Origin: Antedon mediterranea
Lineage: Eukaryota; Animalia; Echinodermata
Length of the DNA: 64,000 nt
NCBI RefSeq assembly: GCF_964355755.1
Contig: NC_092680.1
Span: 10,974,001 to 11,038,000 of the forward strand
Direction of reading: 5' to 3'
The position numbers and the translations under genes were made by a program. Every line of letters begins with the position of its first letter. The stretch's first letter is position 1. Under the pieces are notes generated by a model, which saw only the letters and a list, made by a program, of their open reading frames with translations, was not told the origin of the DNA and ran no database searches. Shown here one piece after another: positions 1 through 12,567 of the stretch.

Positions 1-207
1 TGATGTTTTTGTGTGAAAAGTTTTATCGAAATGCTCAAAATGGTCTAAAACAGTTTCTATTGTGATTTTAAGCACTTTGATGATTTTGTGTAACCAAGTT
101 TCATCGAAATGTACAAAATGGTCTAAAACGTCTCCAAATGCGATTTGAAGCTATTCTAAGTACTTTTGTGTTTTTATGTTAACAAGTTTTTTCGAAAATC
201 ACAAAAT

Positions 208-720
208 GGTCTAAAACGTCTTCAAATGCGATTTGAAGCTATTATGTACACTTTGATGTTTTGTTTGAAAAAGTTTTGTCGAAATGCTCAAAATGGTCTA
301 AAACGTTTTTAAATACGATATTAAGCTATTTTGTGATCTTTGATGTTTTTGTATGGAAAGTTTTATCGAAATGCTCAAAATGGTCTGAAACGGTTTCTAA
401 TGCGATTTGAAGCTATTCTGTACACTTTGAAGTTTTTTGTGAAAAAGTTTTCTCGAAATGCTCAAAATGGTCTAAAACGTTTTTATATACCATATTAAGC
501 TATTTTGTGCACTTTGATGTTTTTTGTGAAAAGTTTTATCGAAATGCTCAAAATGGTCTAAAACGGTTTCTATTGTGATTTTAAGCACTTTGATGATTTT
601 GTGTAACCAAGTTTCATCGAAATGTACAAAATGGTCTAAAACGTCTCCAAATGCGATTTGAAGCTATTCTAAGTACTTTTGTGTTTTTATGTTAACAAGT
701 TTTTTCGAAAATCACAAAAT
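208..720 (+). repeat. 6-monomer higher-order repeat unit A-B-C-D-E-F (513 bp); example copy
   Basis: Monomer lengths 87+87+87+86+78+88 = 513. The same ordered hexamer recurs at e.g. ~2950, ~8450, ~23930, ~29870, ~35100, ~44510 and ~53420. Confidence 0.9.
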
Positions 721-3700
721 GGTCTAAAACGTCTTCAAATGCGATTTGAAGCTATTCTGTACACTTTGATGTTTTGTGTGAAAAAGTTTTGTCGAAATGC
801 TCAAAATGGTCTAAAACGTTTTTAAATACGATATTAAGCTATTTTGTGATCTTTGATGTTTTTGTGTGAAAAGTTTTATCAAAATGCTCAAAATGGTCTG
901 AAACGGTTTCTAATGCGATTTGAAGCTATTCTGTACACTTTGAAGTTTTGTGTGAAAAAGTTTTCTCGAAATGCTCAAAATGGTCTAAAACGTTTTTATA
1001 TACCATATTAAGCTATTCTGTACACTTTGATGTTTTGTGTGAAAAAGTTTTGTCAAAATGCTCAAAATGGTCTAAAACGTTTTTAAAACGATATTAAGCT
1101 ATTTTGTGATCTTTGATGTTTTTGTGTGAAAAGTTTTATCGAAATGCTCAAAATGGTCTAAAACGGTTTCTAATGCGATTTGAAGCTATTCTGTACACTT
1201 TGAAGTTTTGTGTGAAAAAGTTTTCTCGAAATGCTCAAAATGGTCTAAAACGTTTTTATATACCATATTAAGCTATTTTGTGCACTTTGATGTTTTTTGT
1301 GAAAACTTTTATCGAAATGCTCAAAATGGTCTAAAACGGTTTCTATTGTGATTTTAAGCACTTTGATGATTTTGTGTAACCAAGTTTCATCGAAATGTAC
1401 AAAATGGTCTAAAACGTCTCCAAATGCGATTTGAAGCTATTCTAAGTACTTTTGTGTTTTTATGTTAACAAGTTTTTTCGAAAATCACAAAATGGTCTAA
1501 AACGTCTTCAAATGCGATTTGAAGCTATTCTGTACACTTTGATGTTTTGTGTGAAAAAGTTTTGTCGAAATGCTCAAAATGGTCTAAAACGTTTTTAAAT
1601 ACGATATTAAGCTATTTTGTGATCTTTGATGTTTTTGTGTGAAAAGTTTTATCGAAATGCTCAAAATGGTCTAAAATGGTTTCTATTGTGATTTTAAGCA
1701 CTTTGATGATTTTGTGTAACCAAGTTTCATCGAAATGTACAAAATGGTCTAAAACGTCTCCAAATGCGATTTGAAGCTATTCTAAGTACTTTTGTGTTTT
1801 TATGTTAACAAGTTTTTTCGAAAATCACAAAATGGTCTAAAACGTTTTCAAATGCGATTTGAAGCTATTCTGTACACTTTGGTGTTTTTATGTTAAAAAG
1901 TTTTTTCGAAAATCACAAAATGGTCTAAAACGTCTCAAAATGCGATTTGAAGCTATTCTGTACACTTTGATGTTTTGTGTGAAAAAGTTTTGTCGAAATG
2001 CTCAAAATGGTCTAAAACGTTTTTAAAACGATATTAAGCTATTTTGTGCTCTTTGATGTTTTTGTGTAACCAAGTTTCATCGAAATCAACAAAATGGTCT
2101 AATACGTCTCCAAATGCGATTTGAAGCTTTTCCAAGCACTTTGCTGTTTTTATGTTAACAAGTTTTTTCGAAAATCACAAAATGGTCTAAAACGTCTTCA
2201 AATGCGATTTGAAGCTATTCTGTAGACTTTGATGTTTTGTGTGAAAAAGTTTTGTCGAAATGCTCAAAATGGTCTAAAACGTTTTTATATACCATATTAA
2301 GCTATTTTGTGCACTTTGATGTTTTTTGTGAAAAGTTTTATCGAAATGCTCAAAATGGTCTAAAACGGTTTCTATTGTGATTTTAAGCACTTTGATGATT
2401 TTGTGTAACCAAGTTTCATCGAAATGTACAAAATGGTCTAAAACGTCTCCAAATGCGATTTGAAGCTATTCTAAGTACTTTTGTGTTTTTATGTTAACAA
2501 GTTTTTTCGAAAATCACAAAATGGTCTAAAACGTCTCCAAATGCGATTTGAAGCTCTTCTGTACACTTTGATGTTTTGTGTGAAAAAGTTTTGTCGAAAT
2601 TCTCAAAATGGTCTAAAACGTTTTTAAATACGATATTAAGCTGTTTTGTGCACTTTGATGATTTGTGTGAAAAGTTTTAACGAAATGCTCAAAATGGTCA
2701 AAAACGGTTTTTAATGTGATTTTAAGCACTTTGATGTTTTTGTGTAACCAAGTTTTTTCAAAAATTTCAAAATGGTCTAAAACGTCTCCAAATGCGATTT
2801 GAAGCTTTTCTAAGCACTTTGGTGTTTTTATGTTAACAAGTTTTTTCGAAAATCACAAAATGGTCTAAAACGTCTCCAAATGCGATTTGAAGATATTCTG
2901 AGCACTTTGGTGTTTTTATGTTAAAAAGTTTTTTCGAAAATCACAAAATGGTCTAAAACGTCTTCAAATGCGATTTGAAGCTATTCTGTACACTTTGATG
3001 TTTTGTGTGAAAAAGTTTTGTCGAAATGCTCAAAATGGTCTAAAACGTTTTTAAATACGATATTAAGCTATTTTGTGATCTTTGATGTTTTTGTGTGAAA
3101 AGTTTTATCGAAATGCTCAAAATGGTCTAAAACGGTTTCTATAGCGATTTGAAGCTATTCTGTACACTTTGAAGTTTTGTGTGAAAAAGTTTTCTCGAAA
3201 TGCTCAAAATGGTCTAAAACGTTTTTATATACCATATTAAGCTATTTTGTGCACTTTGATGTTTTTTGTGAAAAGTTTTATCGAAATGCTCAAAATGGTC
3301 TAAAACGGTTTCTATTGTGATTTTAAGCACTTTGATGATTTTGTGTAACCAAGTTTCATCGAAATGTACAAAATGGTCTAAAACGTCTCCAAATGCGATT
3401 TGAAGCTATTCTAAGTACTTTTGTGTTTTTATGTTAACAAGTTTTTTCGAAAATCACAAAATGGTCTAAAACGTCTTCAAATGCGATTTGAAGCTATTCT
3501 GTACACTTTGATGTTTTGTGTGAAAAAGTTTTGTCGAAATGCTCAAAATGGTCTAAAACGTTTTTAAATACGATATTAAGCTATTTTGTGATCTTTGATG
3601 TTTTTGTGTGAAAAGTTTTATCAAAATGCTCAAAATGGTCTGAAACGGTTTCTAATGCGATTTGAAGCTATTCTGTACACTTTGAAGTTTTGTGTGAAAA

Positions 3701-5027
3701 AGTTTTCTCGAAATGCTCAAAATGGTCTAAAACGTTTTTATATACCATATTAAGCTATTCTGTACACTTTGATGTTTTGTGTGAAAAAGTTTTGTCAAAA
3801 TGCTCAAAATGGTCTAAAACGTTTTTAAAACGATATTAAGCTATTTTGTGATCTTTGATGTTTTTGTGTGAAAAGTTTTATCGAAATGCTCAAAATGGTC
3901 TAAAACGGTTTCTAATGCGATTTGAAGCTATTCTGTACACTTTGAAGTTTTGTGTGAAAAAGTTTTCTCGAAATGCTCAAAATGGTCTAAAACGTTTTTA
4001 TATACCATATTAAGCTATTTTGTGCACTTTGATGTTTTTTGTGAAAACTTTTATCGAAATGCTCAAAATGGTCTAAAACGGTTTCTATTGTGATTTTAAG
4101 CACTTTGATGATTTTGTGTAACCAAGTTTCATCGAAATGTACAAAATGGTCTAAAACGTCTCCAAATGCGATTTGAAGCTATTCTAAGTACTTTTGTGTT
4201 TTTATGTTAACAAGTTTTTTCGAAAATCACAAAATGGTCTAAAACGTCTTCAAATGCGATTTGAAGCTATTCTGTACACTTTGATGTTTTGTGTGAAAAA
4301 GTTTTGTCGAAATGCTCAAAATGGTCTAAAACGTTTTTAAATACGATATTAAGCTATTTTGTGATCTTTGATGTTTTTGTGTGAAAAGTTTTATCGAAAT
4401 GCTCAAAATGGTCTAAAATGGTTTCTATTGTGATTTTAAGCACTTTGATGATTTTGTGTAACCAAGTTTCATCGAAATGTACAAAATGGTCTAAAACGTC
4501 TCCAAATGCGATTTGAAGCTATTCTAAGTACTTTTGTGTTTTTATGTTAACAAGTTTTTTCGAAAATCACAAAATGGTCTAAAACGTTTTCAAATGCGAT
4601 TTGAAGCTATTCTGTACACTTTGGTGTTTTTATGTTAAAAAGTTTTTTCGAAAATCACAAAATGGTCTAAAACGTCTCAAAATGCGATTTGAAGCTATTC
4701 TGTACACTTTGATGTTTTGTGTGAAAAAGTTTTGTCGAAATGCTCAAAATGGTCTAAAACGTTTTTAAAACGATATTAAGCTATTTTGTGCTCTTTGATG
4801 TTTTTGTGTAACCAAGTTTCATCGAAATCAACAAAATGGTCTAATACGTCTCCAAATGCGATTTGAAGCTTTTCCAAGCACTTTGCTGTTTTTATGTTAA
4901 CAAGTTTTTTCGAAAATCACAAAATGGTCTAAAACGTCTTCAAATGCGATTTGAAGCTATTCTGTAGACTTTGATGTTTTGTGTGAAAAAGTTTTGTCGA
5001 AATGCTCAAAATGGTCTAAAACGTTTT
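470..5027 (+). repeat. About 1.8 kb block (~470-2285) repeated at ~3212-5027, offset 2742 bp
   Basis: Private variants GAAAACTTTT (1301/4043) and TGTAGACTTT (2221/4963) share the 2742-bp offset, and the monomer order is identical. Boundaries are approximate. Confidence 0.8.
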
Positions 5028-8000
5028 TAAATACGATATTAAGCTATTTTGTGATCTTTGATGTTTTTGTGTGAAAAGTTTTATCAAAATGCTCAAAATG
5101 GTCTGAAACGGTTTCTAATGCGATTTGAAGCTATTCTGTACACTTTGAAGTTTTGTGTGAAAAAGTTTTCTCGAAATGCTTAAAATGGTCTAAAACGTTT
5201 TTATATACCATATTAAGCTATTTTGTGCACTTTGATGTTTTTTGTGAAAAGTTTTATCGAAATGCTCAAAATGGTCTAAAACGGTTTCTATTTGGATTTT
5301 AAGCACTTTGATGATTTTGTGTAACCAAGTTTCATCGAAATGTACAAAATGGTCTAAAACGTCTCCAAATGCGATTTGAAGCTATTCTAAGTACTTTTGT
5401 GTTTTTATGTTAACAAGTTTTTTCGAAAATCACAAAATGGTCTAAAACGTCTTCAAATGCGATTTGAAGCTATTCTGTACACTTTTATGTTTTGTGTGAA
5501 AAAGTTTTGTCGAAATTCTCAAAATGGTCTAAAACGTTTTTAAATACGATATTAAGCTGTTTTGTGCACTTTGATGATTTGTGTGAAAAGTTTTAACGAA
5601 ATGCTCAAAATGGTCAAAAACGGTTTCTAATGTGATTTTAAGCACTTTGATGTTTTTGTGTAACCAAGTTTTTTCAAAAATCACAAAATGGTCTAAAACG
5701 TCTCCAAATGCGATTTGAAGCTTTTCTAAGCACTTTGGTGTTTTTATGTTAACAAGTTTTTTCGAAAATCACAAAATGGTCTAAAACGTCTCCAAATGCG
5801 ATTTGAAGATATTCTGAGCACTTTGGTGTTTTTATGTTAAAAAGTTTTTTCGAAAATCACAAAATAGTCTAAAACGTCTCCAAATGCGATTTGAAGCTAT
5901 TCTGTACACTTTGATGTTTTGTGTGAAAAAGTTTTGTCAAAATGCTCAAAATGGTCTAAAACGTTTTTAAAACGATATTAAGCTATTTTGTGCTCTTTGA
6001 TGTTTTTGTGTAACCAAGTTTCATCGAAAATCACAAAATGGTCTAAAACGTCTCAAAATGCGATTTGAAGCTTTTCTAAGCACTTTGGTGTTTTTATGTT
6101 AACAAGTTTTTTCGAAAATCACGAAATGGTCTAAAATGTCTCCAAATGCGATTTGAAGATATTCTGAGCACTTTGGTGTTTTTATGTTAAAAAGTTTTTT
6201 CGAAAATCACAAAATGGTCTAAAACGTCTCCAAATGCGATTTGAAGCTCTTCTGTACACTTTGATGTTTTGTGTGAAAAAGTTTTGTCGAAATGCTCAAA
6301 ATGGTCTAAAACGTTTTTAAATACGATATTAAGCTGTTTTGTGCACTTTGATGATTTGTGTGAAAAGTTTTAACGAAATGCTCAAAATGGTCTAAAACGG
6401 TTTCTAATGTGATTTTAAGCACTTTGATGTTTTTGTGTAACAAAGTTTTTTCGAAAATCACAAAATAGTCTAAAACGTCTCCAAATGCGATTTGAAGCTT
6501 TTCTAAGCACTTTGGTGTTTTTATGTTAACAAGTTTTTTCGAAAATCACAAAATGGTCTAAAACGTCTCCAAATGCGATTTGAGGATATTCTGAGCACTT
6601 TGGTGTTTTTTTGTTAAAAAGTTTTTTCGAAAATCACAAAATGGTCTAAAACGTCTCCAAATTTTATTTGAAGCTATTCTGTACACTTTGATGTTTTGTG
6701 TGAAAAAGTTTTGTCGAAATGCTCAAAATGGTCTAAAACGTTTTTAAATACGATATTAAGCTATTTTGTGATCTTTGATGTTTTTGTGTGAAAAGTTTTA
6801 TCGAAATGCTCAAAATGGTCTAAAACGGTTTCTATTGTGATTTTAAGCACTTTGATGATTTTGTGTAACCAAGTTTCATCGAAATGTAAAAAATGGTCTA
6901 AAACGTCTCCAAATGCGATTTGAAGCTATTCTAAGTACTTTTGTGTTTTTATGTTAACAAGTTTTATCGAAAATCACAAAATGGTCTAAAACGTCTCCAA
7001 ATGCGATTTGAAGCTATTCTGTACACTTTGATGTTTTGTGTGAAAAAGTTTTGTCGAAATGCTCAAAATGGTCTAAAACGTTTTTAAATACGATATTAAG
7101 CTATTTTGTGATCTTTGATGTTTTTGTGTGAAAAGTTTTATCGAAATGCTCAAAATGGTCTAAAACGGTTTCTATTGTGATTTTAAGCACTTTGATGATT
7201 TTGTGTAACCAAGTTTCATCGAAATGTACAAAATGGTCTAAAACGTCTCCAAATGCGATTTGAAGCTATTCTAAGTACTTTTGTGTTTTTATGTTAACAA
7301 GTTTTTTCGAAAATCACAAAATGGTCTAAAACGTCTTCAAATGCGATTTGAAGCTATTCTGTACACTTTGATGTTTTGTGTGAAAAAGTTTTGTCAAAAT
7401 GCTCAAAATGGTCTAAAACGTTTTTAAAACGATATTAAGCTATTTTGTGCTCTTTGATGTTTTTGTGTAACCAAGTTTCATCGATAATCACAAAATGGTC
7501 TAAAACGTCTCCAAATGCGATTTGAAGCTTTTTTAAGCACTTTGGTGTTTTTATGTTAACAAGTTTTTTCGAAAATCACGAAATGGTCTAAAATGTCTCC
7601 AAATGCGATTTGAAGATATTCTGAGCACTTTGATGTTTTTGTGTGAAAAGTTTGATCGAAATGCTCAAAATGGTCTAAAACGGTTTCTAATGCGATTTGA
7701 AGCTATTCTGTACACTTTGAAGTTTTTGGTGAAAAAGTTTTCTCGAAATGCTCAAAATGGTCTAAAACGTTTTTATATACCATATTAAGCTATTTTGTGC
7801 ACTTTTATGTTTTGTGTGAAAAAGTTTTGTCGAAATGCTCAAAATGGTCTAAAACGTTTTTAAATACGATATTAAGCTGTTTTGTGCACTTTGATGATTT
7901 GTGTGAAAAGTTTTAACGAAATGCTCAAAATGGTCTAAAACGGTTTCTAATGAGATTTTAAGCACTTTGATGTTTTTGTGTAACCAAGTTTTTTCGAAAA

Positions 8001-10275
8001 TCACAAAATGGTCTAAAACGTCTCTAAATGCGATTTCAAGCTTTTCTAAGCACTTTGGTGTTTTTATGTTAACAAGTTTTTTCGAAAATCACAAAATGGT
8101 CTAAAACGTCTCCAAATGCGATTTGAGGATATTCTGAGCACTTTGGTGTTTTTATGTTAAAAAGTTTTTTCGAAAATCACAAAATGGTCTAAAACGTCTC
8201 AAAATGCGATTTGAAGCTATTCTGTACACTTTGATGTTTTGTGTGAAAAAGTTTTGTCGAAATGCTCAAAATGGTCTAAAACGTTTTTAAAACGATATTA
8301 AGCTATTTTGTGCTCTTTGATGTTTTTGTGTAACCAAGTTTCATCGAAATCAACAAAATGGTCTAATACGTCTCCAAATGCGATTTGAAGCTTTTACAAG
8401 CACTTTGCTGTTTTTATGTTAACAAGTTTTTTCAAAAATCACAAAATGGTCTAAAACGTCTTCAAATGCGATTTGAAGCTATTCTGTACACTTTGATGTT
8501 TTGTGTGAAAAAGTTTTGTCGAAATGCTCAAAATGGTCTAAAACGTTTTTAAATACAATATTAAGCTATTTTGTGATCTTTGATGTTTTTGTGTGAAAAG
8601 TTTTATCGAAATGCTCAAAATGGTCTAAAACGGTTTCTAATGCGATTTGAAGCTATTCGGTACACTTTGAAGTTTTTTGTGAAAAAGTTTTCTCGAAATG
8701 CTCAAAATGGTCTAAAAAGTTTTTATATACCATATTAAGCTATTTTGTGCACTTTGATGTTTTTTGTGAAAAGTTTTATCGAAATGCTCAAAATGGTCTA
8801 AAACGGTTTCTATTGTGATTTTAAGCACTTTGATGATTTTGTGTAACCAAGTTTCATCGAAATGTACAAAATGGTCTAAAACGTCTCCAAATGCGATTTG
8901 AAGCTATTCTAAGTACTTTTGTGTTTTTATGTTAACAAGTTTTTTCGAAAATCACAAAATGGTCTAAAACGTCTTCAAATGCGATTTGAAGCTATTCTGT
9001 ACACTTTGATGTTTTGTGTGAAAAAGTTTTGTCGAAATGCTCAAAATGGTCTAAAACGTTTTTAAATACGATATTAAGCTATTTTGTGATCTTTGATGTT
9101 TTTGTGTGAAAAGTTTTATCGAAATGCTCAAAATGGTCTAAAACGGTTTCTAATGCGATTTGAAGCTATTCTGTACACTTTGAAGTTTTTTGTGAAAAAG
9201 TTTTCTCGAAATGCTCAAAATGGTCTAAAACGTTTTTATATACCATATTAAGCTATTTTGTGCACTTTGATGTTTTTTGTGAAAAGTTTTATCGAAATTC
9301 TCAAAATGGTCTAAAACGGTTTCTATTGTGACTTTAAGCACTTTGATGATTTTGTGTAACCAAGTTTCATCGAAATGTACAAAATGGTCTAAAACGTCTC
9401 CAAATGCGATTTGAAGCTCTTCTGTACACTTTGATGTTTTGTGTGAAAAAGTTTTGTCGAAATTCTCAAAATGGTCTAAAACGTTTTTAAATATGATATT
9501 AAGCTGTTTTGTGCACTTTGATGATTTGTGTGAAAAGTTTTAACGAAATGCTCAAAATGGTCAAAAACGGTTTCTAATGTGATTTTAAACACTTTGATGT
9601 TTTTGTGTAACCAAGTTTTTTCAAAAATCACAAAATGGTCTAAAACGTCTCCAAATGCGATTTGAAGCTTTTCTAAGCACTTTGGTGTTTTTATGTTAAC
9701 AAGTTTTTTCGAAAATCACAAAATGGTCTAAAACGTCTCTAAATGCGATTTGAAGATATTCTGAGCACTTTGGTGTTTTTATGTTAAAAAGTTTTTTCGA
9801 AAATCACAAAATAGTCTAAACCGTCTCAAAATGCGATTTGAAGCTATTCTGTACACTTTGATGTTTTGTGTGAAAAAGTTTTGTCGAAATGCTCAAAATG
9901 GTCTAAAACGTTTTTAAAACGATATTAAGCTATTTTGTGCTCTTTGATGTTTTTGTGTAACCAAGTTTCATCGAAAATCACAAAATGGTCTAAAACGTCT
10001 CCAAATGCGATTTGAAGCTTTTCTAAGCACTTTGGTGTTTTTATGTTAACAAGTTTTTTCGAAAATCACGAAATGGTCTAAAATGTCTCCAAATGCGATT
10101 TGAAGATATTCTGAGCACTTTGGTGTTTTTATGTTAAAACGTTTTTTCGAAAATCACAAAATGGTCTAAAACGTCTCCAAATGCGATTTGAAGCTCTTCT
10201 GTACACTTTGATGTTTTGTGTAAAAAATTTTAGTCGAAATGCTCAAAATGGTCTAAAACGTTTTTAAATACGATA

Positions 10276-12567
10276 TTAAGCTGTTTTGTGCACTTTGATG
10301 ATTTGTGTGAAAAGTTTTAACGAAATGCTCAAAATGGTCTAAAACGGTTTCTAATGTGATTTTAAGCACTTTGATGTTTTTGTGTAACCAAGTTTTTTCG
10401 AAAATCACAAAATTGTCTAAAACGTCTCCAAATGCGATTTGAAGCTTTTCTAAGCACTTTGGTGTTTTTATGTTAACAAGTTTTTTCGAAAATCACAAAA
10501 TGGTCTAAAACGTCTCCAAATGCGATTTGAAGCTATTCTGCACACTTTGATGTTTTGTGTGAAAAAGTTTTGTCGAAATACTCAAAATGGTCTAAAACGT
10601 TTTTAAAACGATATTAAGCTATTTTGTGCTCTTTGATGTTTTTGTGTAACCAAGTTTCATCGAAATCAACAAAATGGTCTAATACGTCTCCAAATGCGAT
10701 TTGAAGCTTTTCCAAGCACTTTGCTTTTTTTATGTTAACAAGTTTTTTCGAAAATCACAAAATGGTCTAAAACGTCTTCAAATGCGATTTGAAGCTATTC
10801 TGTACACTTTGATATTTTGTGTGAAAAAGTTTTGTCGAAATGCTCAAAATGGTCTAAAACGTTTTTAAATACGATATTAAGCTATTTTGTGATCTTTGAT
10901 GTTTTTGTGTGAAAAGTTTTATCGAAATGCTCAAAATGGTCTAAAACGGTTTCAAATGCGATTTGAAGCTATTCTGTACACTTTGAAGTTTTTTGTGAAA
11001 AAGTTTTCTCGAAATGCTCAAAATGGTCTAAAACGTTTTTATATACCATATTAACCTATTTTGGGCACTTTGATGTTTTTTGTGAAAAGTTTTATCGAAA
11101 TGCTCAAAATGGTCTAAAACGGTTTCTATTGTGATTTTAAGCACTTTGATGATTTTGTGTAACCAAGTTTCATCGAAATGTACAAAATGGTCTAAAACGT
11201 CTCCAAATGCGATTTGAAGCTATTCTAAGTACTTTTGTGTTTTTATGTTAACAAGTTTTTTCGAAAATCACAAAATGGTCTAAAACGTCTTCAAATGCGA
11301 TTTGAAGCTATTCTGTACACTTTGATGTTTTGTGTGAAAAAGTTTTGTCGAAATGCTCAAAATGGTCTAAAACGTTTTTAAATACGATATTAAGCTATTT
11401 TGTGATCTTTGATGTTTTTGTTTAAGCTGTTTTGTGCAGTTTGATGATTTGTGTGAAAAGTTTTAACGAAATGCTCAAAATGGTCTAAAACGGTTTCTAA
11501 TGTGATTTTAAGCACTTTGATGTTTTTGTGTAACCAAGTTTTTTCGAAAATCACAAAATTGTCTAAAACGTCTCCAAATGCGATTTGAAGCTTTTCTAAG
11601 CACTTTGGTGTTTTTATGTTAACAAGTTTTTTCGAAAATCACAAAATGGTCTAAAACGTCTCCAAATGCGATTTGAAGCTATTCTGCACACTTTGATGTT
11701 TTGTGTGAAAAAGTTTTGTCGAAATACTCAAAATGGTCTAAAACGTTTTTAAAACGATATTAAGCTATTTTGTGCTCTTTGATGTTTTTGTGTAACCAAG
11801 TTTCATCGAAATCAACAAAATGGTCTAATACGTCTCCAAATGCGATTTGAAGCTTTTCCAAGCACTTTGCTTTTTTTATGTTAACAAGTTTTTTCGAAAA
11901 TCACAAAATGGTCTAAAACGTCTTCAAATGCGATTTGAAGCTATTCTGTACACTTTGATATTTTGTGTGAAAAAGTTTTGTCGAAATGCTCAAAATGGTC
12001 TAAAACGTTTTTAAATACGATATTAAGCTATTTTGTGATCTTTGATGTTTTTGTGTGAAAAGTTTTATCGAAATGCTCAAAATGGTCTAAAACGGTTTCA
12101 AATGCGATTTGAAGCTATTCTGTACACTTTGAAGTTTTTTGTGAAAAAGTTTTCTCGAAATGCTCAAAATGGTCTAAAACGTTTTTATATACCATATTAA
12201 CCTATTTTGGGCACTTTGATGTTTTTTGTGAAAAGTTTTATCGAAATGCTCAAAATGGTCTAAAACGGTTTCTATTGTGATTTTAAGCACTTTGATGATT
12301 TTGTGTAACCAAGTTTCATCGAAATGTACAAAATGGTCTAAAACGTCTCCAAATGCGATTTGAAGCTATTCTAAGTACTTTTGTGTTTTTATGTTAACAA
12401 GTTTTTTCGAAAATCACAAAATGGTCTAAAACGTCTTCAAATGCGATTTGAAGCTATTCTGTACACTTTGATGTTTTGTGTGAAAAAGTTTTGTCGAAAT
12501 GCTCAAAATGGTCTAAAACGTTTTTAAATACGATATTAAGCTATTTTGTGATCTTTGATGTTTTTGT
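10276..12567 (+). repeat. 1146-bp tandem duplication with an out-of-register junction at 11421/11422
   Basis: Markers AAATTGTCT (G at 10415/11561) and CCTATTTTGGGCAC (11055/12201) lie 1146 bp apart, and CTGCACAC and GATATTTTG are also duplicated. The junction reads GATGTTTTTGT|TTAAGCTG. Confidence 0.88.
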
